Source of the DNA: Spizellomyces punctatus DAOM BR117
Taxonomy: Eukaryota
Direction: 5' to 3' (one strand)
DNA: 64,000 nt
Assembly (NCBI GenBank): GCA_000182565.2
Contig: KQ257455.1
The notes beneath the pieces are model-generated. The model saw nothing but the letters and a program-made list of their open reading frames with translations, was not told where the DNA came from and ran no database searches. This document shows, piece by piece, positions 14,875 through 30,091 of this stretch. Numbering within the stretch: the stretch's first letter is position 1; each line of letters opens with the position of its first letter. The position numbers and the translations under genes are program-made.

Positions 14875-15783
14875 CTATAGTCCCAGAACATATGCTAAAC
14901 CGTACGCAAAACCAGCTATCACTGCAGCATTTTTCCATTCCCATGCTGCGATTCCTTTACTGGCTGCTGATGGGTCACCGGTCCCAAAGTTCCTTGCAAT
15001 GTGGGCGGTACAATCATAGGCCCAGCCGCCCAAGGACAGTCTGGCCACAAGCCAGTTAAATCCGAGACTGCGAGGCGTCGAGCACAAACTTTCTAGAGTG
15101 CTGGTGTCACTCTTGTCCGTATATTCCACGCCAAATACGGCCTTTCCAGCAGTTTTAAACGGCAGGAGCTTGTTACATTCTGAATACTTTGAACATTCCT
15201 CGTTTAGCGCCCAATCAAAATAGTTGACCAAATCAGGTATCTGATCCAGATCGTTCTTCAAACCAATGGAGAGGTTCCGAGCATGTGCCTGAACTGCCAA
15301 CCACCTGTTATAATCAAGCTGGTCTGCGCTCGTCAAGGGAAACCCGGTCGGGTTGATGTATCCGTCCACATTATCAGGTTCGACTCCATCGCAAGCCTTT
15401 TGAACCGCAAGATCCATCCTTGCTTTCATGATACGTCCTAAATCCCCTCCATCGCTGCTACCAAATCCGCGGATATCAAGCCATTTTTCACCTTTCCACC
15501 CTTGTAATCCTTTCCCGATGATTGCAGCAGGGAAACTACCCGCATCCGATCTCCAGTTCTCGTAGCTCCCTGCTGAGAAGTAACAGATGACTTTTTTGCC
15601 TGCAGATTTGAGAGTGGATATAACTGTCGCATTGGTGTCGAAAAGGTCAATGTCTACCATTTGTATGGTAGGTTCCGCCACTAGGCTCGTGATATTCAAG
15701 CTCCCACCCGTCGAAAGTTGCCAATGCCAGCCGATGCTGCTAGCTGAAGGAGGTGTCCAGATGGACACACTAGCGACGGACAT
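14875..15783 (-). CDS. GH114 endo-alpha-1,4-polygalactosaminidase-like protein with hydrophobic C-terminus, intronless
   Basis: WHWQL, VDIDLFD, KVICYFSAGSYENWRSDA, RMDLAVQKACDGVEPDNVDGY, GLKNDLDQIPDL, WALNEEC, KAVFGVEY. Confidence 0.88.
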   Translation of the reverse strand: MSVASVSIWTPPSASSIGWHWQLSTGGSLNITSLVAEPTIQMVDIDLFDTNATVISTLKSAGKKVICYFSAGSYENWRSDAGSFPAAIIGKGLQGWKGEKWLDIRGFGSSDGGDLGRIMKARMDLAVQKACDGVEPDNVDGYINPTGFPLTSADQLDYNRWLAVQAHARNLSIGLKNDLDQIPDLVNYFDWALNEECSKYSECNKLLPFKTAGKAVFGVEYTDKSDTSTLESLCSTPRSLGFNWLVARLSLGGWAYDCTAHIARNFGTGDPSAASKGIAAWEWKNAAVIAGFAYGLAYVLGL

Positions 15784-16054
15784 GGTGTCGACAGTTGCGT
15801 AAAGGCCAATGAGGGCTGCACTGTGGTAGTCTTCATGGCAGCCTTATGTCATGGTGGGTCTGTGGTTATTCCGATGGTCCATAGCATCCAGACCCCCAAC
15901 AAAAACACGCGTAGGAGAGGCGCTCTGGATTACGTAAATGTCCGAACTGGCGCAGCATCTGCTAAACCACCGTAACTGATAATGTGGGAATCCTTGACCT
16001 TTCTCCGCTTAACAACCAGATTCTGCCGGAAAACGTACCTGTTGCTGGTCGAAA

Positions 16055-17910
16055 ATGCGACAAGAAACGCACCTGGACGTATTAGAAACAGCGATAGGCA
16101 TTGAAAAGCGAGTGGTAGGATGTCTTTAATCGACGCGAATTACATCAAGTATTCGCAGATCACTCACGTTTGTCTGTGCGATGTATAGGTCACTTACAAA
16201 TGGTTGAGCCGAAAGCTAAAAGTGGACGTAAACACGGCAAAGAGGTGAAACTATTCTTAAATGAATGGGCAGTTGCTTGTTGGATGGCATGAGATCCGCT
16301 AACCTCTGAAAACCCGTCACGATCAGGATGCTGTATGAGTATTACCAGACGCCACGGACGGACCCAGTACATGCTATCTATTATCTACAAGGCGAACCGA
16401 GAGATGGGGATGGCATATTGTGTCAGGTGATTCCAGAAGAGAAAATAGAGGGTAAGAGATGAGAAGAGGGCCTTAACTATGGTCACGTATCTTATCATAA
16501 GGTTGGCCAGAGGCGAAAAAGCAGTATAAACGATACTGTATCCACATTTATAGCTTGCAGCCATGCAGACCAAAGGTAATGGCTATATTCAGCTTGTTTG
16601 CTAAGGCTTGTGTGCTGATCACGCTGCCCACAGGACAAAAACATACTTCTTAGTGTCGATTTTGATGTTGCACAGAATGATACCGTCGAGATCTTGAGGT
16701 ACGATGTGTATGTGACGAGTGTGGTATGATGGTAAAATCTAACAAGTCATCTCAATCGCAGAAAATGCCGCATAATACGACATAGTACAGTGAAACATCA
16801 GCAACGAACTGGCGGCACTGCACTAGCTGCCGTGCAGAAACCGGCTGTACCTTCACGAACAGTTGAATCAAAGTTGAAACAAACGAAAGAGGTTAGCTAC
16901 AATGGAGACTTGATGAATTTGTGCAACGCGCCTCTAAAAGTCTCTCTGAATCGTAGGAACCGGTGCCTCCTAAAGCTGTTGGCACCAAAGCGGTAGCTGC
17001 CGGACAAGGGTAAGAATTATATGGCATCCCACCTAAATAAGTTTTGGATTGCCATCGTTTCTCATGTCCTCCAGTAGATCGACAAAACAAGAGATCCCCG
17101 CAAACGGGAAACCAACTTTCTTTGACAAATATGAGCAAAAGGCTGCGAAAGGCAAAGGAGCGGAACCAGCACCACCAAAGAAGGCGGCAAAACCCAGCGA
17201 GGTAAAGGCACCTTCAACAGAGGAGCGACAGAGGAAGGAATTGAAAGCACAACAGGAGGCCGCGTTGAGCAAGCTGTTGGAATCAGATGAGGAAGGGAAT
17301 GAGTCGGATGGCGAGATAGCAAAGTTGCGGCACATGGCGAGTCGTGCTGCAGAAACAGAGGACCCGGCGGATGAAGAAGACCAGACATCCAACCAAGTGG
17401 GGAAAACTGTCGATCATGATGTTATGGACGTAGATGATAATGGGAATGCTCCCCCAGCGGAACCTGCAGCAGGTACCATGACATGCACTAGCATATCGCC
17501 CAAACGATCTATTCACCTTTTGTTGTAGGCTCAGCGGGCACCACGCGGAGAGTCAAGAAACGACGACGCGTCAAAAAGACAAGGACTGTAATGATGGGCA
17601 AATACATGAGTAAGCACGATGATGTTAGCACTCTCGTCCTCTCGGAAACTGCTGCTGACGTTCCTACTCTCTAGAAACTGAAGATTATTCTGACTGGGAG
17701 GAATATTCTGAATCCGAACCCGAAATCTCTGGACCGCCAATTAAGAAGCAAAAGCCTCAACCACCTCCTACTGCCGCAGAAGTCCGTACTCAGCCAACCG
17801 AGCCACTACCAGCAAAGACGAAAGCCGGTGCAAGAGGAGGTGCACTGCAAAAGGGTGGGAAGAAAGCAGGTCAACAGAAAACGTTGCTGAGTTTCTTTGG
17901 TAAAAAGTAG
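16055..17910 (+). CDS. POL32: DNA polymerase delta subunit 3 (Cdc27/Pol32/POLD3), multi-exon
   Basis: Spliced N-terminus VTYKWLSRKLKVDVNTAKRMLYEY...IHIYSLQP, basic KKRRRVKK, and C-terminal PIP box QQKTLLSFFGKK-stop. Confidence 0.85.
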
Positions 17911-18133
17911 AATAGACTTAGCGCTTACTTTATGTAGCTGGATGCATGTTGGTGGACCTCCCTTCCTTGTAAATAGCGAAACTCTTGTCATTTCCAACTG
18001 GTTGATCTGGTTGCTGACGGCATTTGTCCACGCCACACGCAAGCCCCAGATGACTCATCAGCAAGTACCGACTTGGAGTTCACCTGCAGTTCGCCGAGAT
18101 CAGTGGGATCGTGTGTGCGTGATTGTGGGAAAA

Positions 18134-21100
18134 ATGAGGTATTCATTGCACTAGGGTCCGTTATTTCGATTACATGTACTGACCTTATTCTCTCTCGTGT
18201 GCATTTCCAGGTTCGTTCTGGATGGTTTGCCCATCCTCTTCCCTTACGACTACATATATCCAGAGCAATATGCGTATATGCGGGATATTAAGCGAACCCT
18301 GGATGCTCAGGTATGAACGTCTAATGGAATGCAGAAACATGTTTTCTCAGTCTTGCTGTGGGATTTGGTATATTGACATATCAGCTTCATAACAGGGCCA
18401 CTGCTTACTCGAAATGCCTTCTGGAACTGGAAAGACAGTTTCCCTCTTGTCCCTCATAGTCGCATATCAGCAGGTTGGTTTCCCTTTCATTGTATTGGCA
18501 GGACTGAATTCAGTGCGTATAGATTTCAAATCCCTTACACTCTTTGTTTATTTTCACTCTAGCATTACCCAGAGAAGCGAAAGCTGATCTACTGTTCGCG
18601 TACTGTGCCCGAGATTGAAAAGGCACTAGCAGAGTTGCGCAGACTGATGGAATACCGAAAGAGTCAGGGAATGCAAGAGAAATTTCTGGGATTGGGGCTG
18701 ACTTCGAGGCGAAACTTGTGCGTGCATCCAGATGTATGCTCACAGTGACTTCTGTTTACTTGCACGGTTGGTCCATGGTGATTGCCGATCTTAAATTGCT
18801 TGCAAACTCTGTAGGTGAGCAGGGAAAAGCGCGGGACGGTGGTTGATGCAAGATGCAGGAACTTGACGGCCCCATGGGTTCGTGAACAGGCCAAGGCTGG
18901 TGCAGCCGGGGACATACCCTTGTGCAACTTTTATGAGGTGCGCCCTGAAATGATACTATTGCTGTGTGTCAGTTGCCGACGCATAACGGGAAACTCCATG
19001 CAGGCTCTCGAAAGCGCCGAGGAATCCGCCACAATGCCATCTGGAGTGTACACTCTGGAAGATCTTAAAGAATGGGGTCGGGAGAACGGCTATTGTCCGT
19101 ATTTTCTCTCCCGGAGAATGGTATAATGGTTTTCTAATTCTGTTGCTTGCTTGACATACGTAACCAAACGTCCTCAAATAGATTGCATTCGCGAATGTCG
19201 TCATTTACAGTTATCACTACTTGCTTGATCCCAAAGTGGCGGAACTGGTATCGAAGGAGATGGCAAAGGACTGCATTGTGGTATTCGACGAGGCACACAA
19301 CATTGGTAAATCAAAATCCAAAGGAAACTGTACTCCCAATCTAATGCGATATATGAGCAGATAACGTATGCACCGAATCTCTAAGTATGGATATCAGCCG
19401 ACCTATGCTTGACGCAAGTGCACGCAGCGTGCAGTCACTTGCGACAAGAATAGATGAGTGCGTTCTCAATTTGAACGCTTCCTTGTTCGATATAAGATTG
19501 AACGTCTTTCACCTAGGTTGAAGCAATCCAATTCGGAAAAGCTGCAATCGGAATACACACGACTTGTTGAAGGCGAGCTTTATGCTTTCTGAGCGGCCTC
19601 TCTCGTATGCCTGTATTGACAGAGATAATGAATATTAGGGCTGCGGGCGGCACAAGAAGCAAGGGCAACCGATGAGTTCATGACAAATCCAAGTAATGGA
19701 AGCAAATATCTATATGCTTGAGCCATTCTTACGATTTTACGCTACAGTACTTCCCGACGACATCCTACAGGAGGCCGTTCCGGGCAATATTAGACGAGCA
19801 GAGCATTTCGTCGCATTTCTACGACGATTTATCGAATACCTTAAGGTTAGGAAACATCTCTCGATTCTATCCGGTGCTGTGCCCGTTATTCACCTTGCGA
19901 TGCCAAAAGACGCGACTACGAGTTATGCACGTGGTGGCGGAAAGTCCCACTTCCTTCTTACAACACGTCAAAGAAATCACCTTCATCGACCGGAAGCCAT
20001 TAAGGTGACATATGTTAAAATTTAATGGCATACCTCGAGCGCATAAGCTTAAACCGCAATGCTAGATTCTGCGCAGAACGGCTGGGATCGTTAATTCGGA
20101 CTTTGGAACTGGCGGATTTAGCGGATTACCAGGCTCTTCAAAAGATTGCGGGGTTTGCAACTCTTGTGGCGACGTATCAAAAAGGTTGGCTTATCACGGT
20201 TGTCGCCCACCGGCGCATCGATACTAATGCTTGTCCATTGTAGGGTTCATATTAATATTGGAGCCTTTTGAAAATGATACCGATACCATCCCAAATCCGG
20301 TTCTTCATCTAACGTGAGTTATCATAGACAAGGTTCTACAGTAATAGCTTACTGAATTAGCTGACCTTTAGATGCCTCGACGCCACCATTGCAATTAAAC
20401 CCGTTTTTGAGCGATTTAGCTCTGTAATTATTACTTCTGGGACGCTGTCACCCATGGAGCTATATCCCACATTGCTAGGGTTCCAGCCCGTGGTTGTCCA
20501 AAGTTACCAGATGACGCTGACACGGTCCTGTTTCTTACCCCTTGTACGTTTTGATTGAAGATCGTCTTACGACTGGTAATACATGACTCATCTCAGTTGC
20601 ATCTGGCAGATCATCACACGAGGAAGCGATCAAGTCGCTGTCAGCTCCAAGTTTGAAGTTCGTAACGACCTAGCCGTCGTCCGAAACTTTGGCAATATCT
20701 TGATCGAGTTTGCCAAAATTGTCCCCGATGGGCTTGTTTGTTTCTTCCCTAGTTATCTCTACATGGAGTCCATTGTGGCTGCCTGGAATGATTTGGTGCG
20801 TGCGAAAGCTTTTGATCTTTCCACTGACTTGTGTCTTATGGGCTGGTCATTCTGACAGGGGATGCTACAAGAAGTCCTAAAGTATAAGCTGATTTTTATT
20901 GAAACACCTGATGCCGCGGAGACGAGTTTAGCTTTGGAGAATTACCGATTGGTACGTCAATAGCCTGTATTACTTAAAAAAAGAGGGAATCGTCTGAATT
21001 GCGTTCATGTAGGCGTGCGACAATGGACGCGGAGCCGTCCTTTTATCTGTGGCACGAGGGAAGGTTTCTGAGGGAGTCGATTTCGATCATAACTACGGAC

Positions 21101-21731
21101 GTGCGGTGATTTTGTTTGGTATTCCATATCAATACACCGAAAGTCGTATTTTGAAGGTGCGCATAGCGTCCGGTATAAATTAGCCGAATATAGGGTTCTA
21201 AGCGAGCGCATGCGTTGGTACACAGGCCAGGTTGGAATACCTACGAGATAATAGCAAAATCCGAGAGAATGATTTCTTGACCTTTGATGCAATGCGACAT
21301 GGTGCTCAGTGTGTTGGACGTGTCTTGCGTGGTAAGACGGATTATGGTCTCATGGTGTTTGCAGATAAGGTAAGCAGCCACGTCGTCATGCCAGTGAGGA
21401 GCATTACTGACCCATCGCAACCCTCGGAACTTCCCAGCGCTTTGCCCGTATTGACAAACGGAACAAGTTGCCTAAATGGATTACCGCGGGTATGACCGAG
21501 TCATGCCTCAACCTATCTACCGATATGGCTGTTGCAATGGCCAAAAAGTTCTTGCGAACAATGGCTCAGCCATTTGAGCATAACCAGGTTGGTGTATCAC
21601 TATGGGACGCGGAGGAGCTACAAAAGCGGCAGGAGAAGGAGCGATTATCTGGGAAGGAGGCATCAGAGTCAGGCATTGTGGAAATGGAAGGGGTGGAGGT
21701 TAACGGGAACGGCACGAAAGTAGATGGGTAG
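18134..21731 (+). CDS. RAD3: TFIIH DNA helicase XPD (Rad3/ERCC2), many exons
   Basis: [82 protein letters not shown]. Confidence 0.97.
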
Positions 21732-22255
21732 CAGAAACAGATGGCTCCCGGTGGATACCAGGATTTTGTGGAGTCAGATTTGCATTCTTGCCGCATGCCG
21801 GCCAGAAATTGATATGGGTGCGGCCGAGAGGAGGTGATGCAACTTGTCTTGAAACGCATTGCGAGGTGTAAAGTCTGTCGGGTCAGTTACAATAATGACC
21901 AAAAGCATAATGGAACTCCATTTCCAATTCCTCACTGATGCAGCGCTGATGGAGTTTGGACGATGCAAATGAATGATATTAATTTACAATAAAAAAATTG
22001 ACATGTCAGAAAAAATAATAATAAAACAGCCGAATATCCCGATCCCGTCAACCTATCCACAAGTTCGCTGTCTAAATTGGTGAATCCTGCGCTCTAGATG
22101 CTCTATAAAACCTCTTACGCACTCCACACACCACAACTCTACGTTCGGCCAGCTTGTTTTGGCGGTGCTGCTGTACTTTGAACATCTGCCATCCCACGGC
22201 CACATAATAATGTTCCCGCTCGTAATGAAAGCTGACTCCGTTCACCCTTCTCCAC

Positions 22256-22883
22256 TTAGTCACTATGTCTCATCCAATAATCAATTGCCGCCGAGAATGC
22301 AGCGAACCCCACGCATCCCCCCAAAACCGCCTTGGGTCCCGCCTTCGCCGCCAAAACTCCACCAGTGATGCATCCAGCCGATACGCCATTCCATAGGTCG
22401 TTCTTTGCCCGATAGGTTTCAATCAAACATTCCGTGCCCGCGAATACGGCACCGACCACAGCAAAGTTTTTCGCAGAAGAGAAGGAGCGATTTCCCATAT
22501 CTTTCAGGGTCACTTTAATCTGTTGTTTCGTCGACATTTTCTAAAAGGAACACATGGGTTGGTCCCGGTGACATATTACGTTGCCCGCCACGTAGTCCCA
22601 ACTTTACCTGGAACTCTTCGGTATTCATACCCCAGTCCACCGATGACATGAACATTCCAAAAGCCCCTCCGAGTGCGAAACCTATAGGATGATGGCCGCA
22701 CATTAAGAGACTTTACGATCGTCTTGCCTTGCTACAAGAATAAATGCACATACCAGCTCCTCCACTAAGTACCACCTTTGCGGGACATGACTCCATTACA
22801 GCCTGGGCTGCCATTGCTGTGGGATCCATGTTGGGAGACATGCCTCCTCCTGGCTGCTGTGGTTGCTGTTGTGAGGGATCCAT
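22256..22883 (-). CDS. TIM22: Mitochondrial inner-membrane translocase Tim22
   Basis: [67 protein letters not shown]. Confidence 0.95.
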
Positions 22884-22967
22884 TGCGAATTCGATTTAGT
22901 TTTTGGCCAATTGTCCAGTTTGGAAATTCGTTTTTGGGCCAAACGCTTCGTTTTAGTCGCGCGTGTT

Positions 22968-22981
22968 GTTGCCATGGCATC
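22968..22981. promoter_or_regulatory. RFX X-box-like site (GTTGCCATGGCATC)
   Basis: TIM22/ELP3 divergent promoter. Confidence 0.45.
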
Positions 22982-23066
22982 AACTGCAGTCATCGAATGG
23001 GTTTGCTGACCATCCAAACTTCCCGCTTGGTTTTTGCCAATTACCATTTTTATTTCACTGCCAAAG

Positions 23067-25108
<2,042 letters not shown>

Positions 25109-25416
25109 ATAGATTTTTCGACTGCTATTTTCAGGTTGTCCTGCATGTATATTAATTCAAACATCACGCCGCGAAAGCTTGGCAAGGGTATTTAATTGGC
25201 TTTTCAAAGCCTTGAATGAAGTAGGCTTTCTAGCAGGTGTGCAATGTCTGCGCGTGGAAAAGGGTTGCTGTGTGCCATGCTCTTGTGTGCGTTCCAAAGG
25301 CTTGTGAGCAGCAGGTCACTTTACGTAACATGCATCACACTGCCCGATGTGTATTTCGCAATGTATCAAACAGTTCTGCCCAAATGGCAAGAACTTGTCG
25401 AAAATATTTCAAAATC

Positions 25417-26816
25417 ATGAAAATCGCCTTATTGGGGGATCTGCAACTCGGACGTCTTGTAAACGACAAACTCGCCTCCCTCCGCAAACGATATCCAGTT
25501 TCGCCGGCTCAAGATAATCTGGCGCGTTCCACCCTCTATGCCCCACCACTTCACAGCGAGTTGGCAGCAACCGATTTTTTGATTGGAAATTTAGAGTGTG
25601 CTGTGACGACCTCGATTTCCGCCTGGCCCGGCAAGACCTTTCATTTTAAAGTATCCCCTTCTGAGCTTGGTCGGGGCCTTCCCGACCATCCCAGGGTACA
25701 TGTCAGCATTGCCAATAACCATGTCCTGGACTATGGCTACAGCGGCATGAGGGAAACGCTACAAACACTAACAGAAATGGGAATATCGCACGCTGGAGCT
25801 GGTATTTCCAAAGAAGACGCATTGCAGCCAGCATTTGTGGATGTGATCCAAGGTTAGATTTTTCCATCTGTATTGGTAGACATGATAAAGCTTACGCAGA
25901 GTGACCGTAATCGCAGGAAATGACACCTACAAGATTGCATTGTTTTCCATTTCGGATCATCCTGCAGAATGGGCGGCATGTGGAACACAGGAGACAACCA
26001 GGGGGCCCCATACTCATCCAGTTATTGTGAGTTCATCTTAGTCCATACATTTGATTCGTGATTATTGAAATGTAACTTTCACAGTATGGGGCACGCACTT
26101 CTTCCGATCACGGAGGAATCTTTCATTTGGATTTCGACACATTTCCTCCAATACCCGCGGATTCGTTTCGAATGCTGCAGTCAGCACTTGAGGATGCTAG
26201 GTCGCAGGCCGACATGGTTGTGGTATCCCTGCATTGGGGTCCAAATTATCAATGGAGACCAATGGCATCTTTCAAACTCTTTGCGCGATGGTTGATTGAT
26301 CATGTACGAAAACGATCCTGTGCTGAAGGTTTAGGAGAACGGAGATGACTTTTTGACACTTAGGGAGTTGATATCATTCATGGGCATAGTGCCCATCATA
26401 TTCAAGGTGTTGAGGTTTATAAAGGACGACCGATATTGTACAGGTCTGTTCACACTAGGCGCTACACTTATGATCGCGAGTACCTAATGAATGTACATTA
26501 CAGTGCTGGGGACTTTCTGGATGATTACGCCGTCGACAAGCATTATCGAAATGACACATCCTTTGCGTTCTTCCTGTCGCTTTCTTTTGACCCTGTATCC
26601 CGAAAACCAAATTTCCAGCATCTCGATCTTTATCCTACCAAAATTCAATCTATGCACGTTGCTTACTGTGACGATGTAGATGAACGACGGGTTTTGTGTG
26701 ATAGGATGAAAGCACTTTCTTTCGAAATGGGTACTGTTGTCGAGGACATTGATTTTGTCAAGGGGGAACAAGGCTTACGAGTTGGCGGATTTGGGGATAA
26801 AGAAGGCAAGGGCTGA
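25417..26816 (+). CDS. CapA/PGA_cap-family metallophosphoesterase-like protein, 5 exons
   Basis: GDLQLGR, GNLECAVT, SIANNHVLDYG, HAGAG, VSLHWGPNY, DIIHGHSAHHIQGVE, YSAGDFLDDY. Start may instead be the ATG at 25384. Confidence 0.85.
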
Positions 26817-27350
26817 CGCTCGTTAACAGAAAGTTTTGCGCAGATCTCTTTTTGTTGAGCATGACTTATCCTTTGGGTTTTCGAGGAATGTAACCTATCG
26901 TACTTTCTTTTTATGATTACCCTTCCAAAGAAGCGATGAAACTCGCACATTTTCAGAAACTCATCCGTGCGTTTTCTTCCCCTTTGCACACCCAAACACG
27001 CAACATATGCCCTCATGCATACCATGCAACCGCTCTGCCCATTACCGTTCCCTCTTGACCAACACGTCCTTTCATCTCTGCATTACATATGTACAATTAC
27101 TTCCACCATGATCATAGCCTTGCCAATGCAGTCTAGTGGTCAAAACCCTGGCTTCAGTGCCAGGCGTGGCAGTCTAATGGTAGAAGAGGACTGCGCATTC
27201 GTCAGCATTGATCGATGCTTACTAATCCGAGCGCCACGGTTGAGCCATACTGTGGCGGGAGCGACTAAATAACAAGTGGCCATTCGTCGTATAACTTGTG
27301 CTTGCTCTTTCATCTCTTTGATTAATCTGTCAACCGTCCATATTGCAACA

Positions 27351-28340
27351 ATGGGTTGTGATGGTGGATCGATCCCTCGCCGAGATGAACTCGTAAAGAC
27401 AAAAAAGGCAGCGGAGCGTGCTGACCCTCGTATACAGCTGATTGCGGCATGGTTCTTTTGTGCACTCTCAAAGCAGCCTCTCGCAGTTCCGGTTGTTGCT
27501 TGCGCTCTGGGAAAACTATACAATAAGGACGCTATATTGGAGTTTTTACTGAACAAGGGCGGATACGGTGACGGCGATCTCATTTGCAAACACATTACGT
27601 CTTTCAAGGACGTTGTCACACTCAACTTGACACCAAACCCTGCGTTCAAATCGAATAGTGATGCTGCAACCGTTTTAGGCAACATTGACGAGCGCCCGCT
27701 TGTCTCTCGATTCAGTTGTCCCATTTCGGGTCGGGAGATGAATGGAAACTACCGATTTTCTTACATTGCCACCTGCGGGTGCGTGTTTTCGGACCAAGCA
27801 CTCAAAGAAGTTCCCAGTTCCACCTGCTTGAAATGCAACAAACCCTATTCACCTGAAGATGTCTTGCCGATTAATCCAACACAGGAGGACGAGATTGCTC
27901 GGCTCCAACAGCGGATGGAGACTTTGAAAGCTCACCGGGCAAAGGAGGCTGAGGAAAAGAAGAGGCAAAAGAAGGAAAAGAAGAAGAAGAGCAAAGGGGC
28001 TGAGGCAGATAAAACTGATGAGAAACCACTTCCTGCATTGCGTAGTAGTAGTGGTAGCGAGGGAGACAGCCCAGATACGGATGGGGCAGCTAAAAAGCGC
28101 AAGAAGAGCAAGAAAGAGCAGGACGAAGAGGACAGAGACTTGCACGTTGTCAAAAAGATGGCTACAACCGCGAGCAATATCAATATGCCTCTACCGGATC
28201 TCCAGGATCGCTCCCACCTTCCCCTGGCGCTACGAGTGCAAAGTGCTGCAATTAAGAGCTTGTACAAAAAGAAAGATGAGAAAGAGGATGTAAACTTTTT
28301 GACACGAGGGACGTTTAACCGCTTTGCTGCCACCTTTTGA
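27351..28340 (+). CDS. RTF2: Replication termination factor 2, intronless
   Basis: MGCDGGSIPRRDELVK, CALSKQPL, LGKLYNKDAILEFLL, CPISGREMNG, CGCVFS. Confidence 0.95.
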   Translation: MGCDGGSIPRRDELVKTKKAAERADPRIQLIAAWFFCALSKQPLAVPVVACALGKLYNKDAILEFLLNKGGYGDGDLICKHITSFKDVVTLNLTPNPAFKSNSDAATVLGNIDERPLVSRFSCPISGREMNGNYRFSYIATCGCVFSDQALKEVPSSTCLKCNKPYSPEDVLPINPTQEDEIARLQQRMETLKAHRAKEAEEKKRQKKEKKKKSKGAEADKTDEKPLPALRSSSGSEGDSPDTDGAAKKRKKSKKEQDEEDRDLHVVKKMATTASNINMPLPDLQDRSHLPLALRVQSAAIKSLYKKKDEKEDVNFLTRGTFNRFAATF

Positions 28341-28572
28341 AATGAATTCAGTTTTATGTGTTTGCCCATTGTTCTTGTATATAATTTAATAACGTAAAAA
28401 ACAAAAAGCTTGCAGCCTGATACACACAAAAACGGTCGTAGTGAAAAATCATTAATAAGGCCATGTTTAAAATCATTGCCGGCATTTATCATAAACTTGA
28501 TTCCAAGTACCATGTCTAAACTGTCCAGACTTGATGCAGCAACCCCCATGCAGATATCCTTTTTTATTGTGT

Positions 28573-30004
28573 TCATCGCTTGAAACGTCCAGTTACAAGA
28601 GCCAATAGCACCGAGATAATGACCCAAGGTTGGGACCACCGCAAAATATTCAATACAGCACGCAGAGCATTTGGCTTTGCCATCAAAGCTCGACCGGACG
28701 CGGAACGACGTATCAATGCAGATCGGTTTCCAGATACCGAATTGACCGTCCCATTCACTTTTGCTGGTTCGACGATCACTTTTTCGGTAGTTGACACGAC
28801 GGCAATTTTAGCTGCCGGGGCTGCTGCAGTTGCGCTTCCGTCTTGGACAGCGTCGGCCTTTCCTCTTTGCTGGGTAGATTGTACCGATGACTTGGCTTCA
28901 GCTATTGATATCGCCTCCGATACAATCTTTTGATTCTCGATTGCCCTTAGGATCTTGTTTGCCTTCCTCATTCCAACGGGGATAACCTTTTGGGTCACCA
29001 TGCTCACAACCCCCTTTGGGAGCCATCCGCCCAGGTCGCCATCCACAATTTGCACTACCCGGCATACTCGAGGGCGGCCTTGTGGGTCCGGTTCAACGAT
29101 TTGACCAGCAATCCGTGCACGCATGCACACGTCGCCGCTATCAGGTGTGAATTTTGGATGGGAATCGATGGATTGTGTGACATTAAAGTAGCGATTATTA
29201 GGAAGAAGCTTGGTAAAAGCGACGACGAGCGCGTAACGCGGCTTTGTGGGCCACATTCCTTGTGTGCGAAAGTACTAGAATGCACCTTTACGATTAGCTA
29301 CCACGCTACAGTCAAGGCACTCGAAAGTTGCGACCAACCTGAACAATGGTACGATTGGAAACTCTCTCCACGACATCACCCGCTTGGCATAGCTCATCCC
29401 ATGCCGGTCGTTTTCTAATGTCCGCCAATAAATCAAATGTTTCTTCAGGGGTTCCTTCGAGAGTCATAACGTAGCGAAAAAAGAATTCATGTCCAACCCG
29501 CTTATGAATTTCAATGTTGTAGTTTCCCCAGCTTTGTGTTAATGTTGTGTGCCAGTCTACATTGTCGGCACCTGGTGGACCGGACGGCGACTCTGTAGTG
29601 TCGCATAGGGAGAGAAATTCGGCTTCAAGAGCGGGAAGCGCTGATATATACGGATCGGATGAGTCGGAAACTGCTGCTTCTGTCACGGACGGAACAGTCG
29701 CGGTAGTGTCTTGGTCGTCGAGAGCATCCGATTCCAGTTCCTCGTATTCCTCTTCTTCCCCTTCTTTCTCCATCTCCCCGTCTACAGAAACCTCCTTGTC
29801 TATTTGTGCATTGGTCCCTACAAGACCCTCAACCAACGTGGGGACACCTAAAAGACGAAAAACACCCAGCGCGAGAAAACACAACACCGCAACAGTAGCG
29901 AGATCAGGAACATTTCCTTGGGTATAGTAGGTGACGAGAGCTGGACACGCCACTGCCGCCCCCAACACCAGCAGATTGACGAGAACGGATACCACAGACG
30001 GCAT
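28573..30004 (-). CDS. START-domain lipid-transfer protein with N-terminal (and possibly C-terminal) membrane segments, 2 exons
   Basis: Two N-terminal hydrophobic helices, KRPAWDELC, GMWPTKPR, VDGDLGGWLPKGVVS. Confidence 0.8.
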
Positions 30005-30066
30005 GTCGGAGTTGGGGATTTGAGGTCAGTCTAGGAGCGAGTTTTTTAAAAATGGTCCAAGTCCCT

Positions 30067-30091
30067 GGGGGGGGGGGGGGGGGGGGGGGGG
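30067..30091. repeat. Poly-G homopolymer (25 nt) upstream of the START gene
   Basis: Directly visible run of G. Confidence 0.9.

Noticed and set aside
27140-28639. Minus-strand ORFs of 194 and 235 aa
   Set aside because: They are antisense to RTF2 and their composition mirrors its codons.
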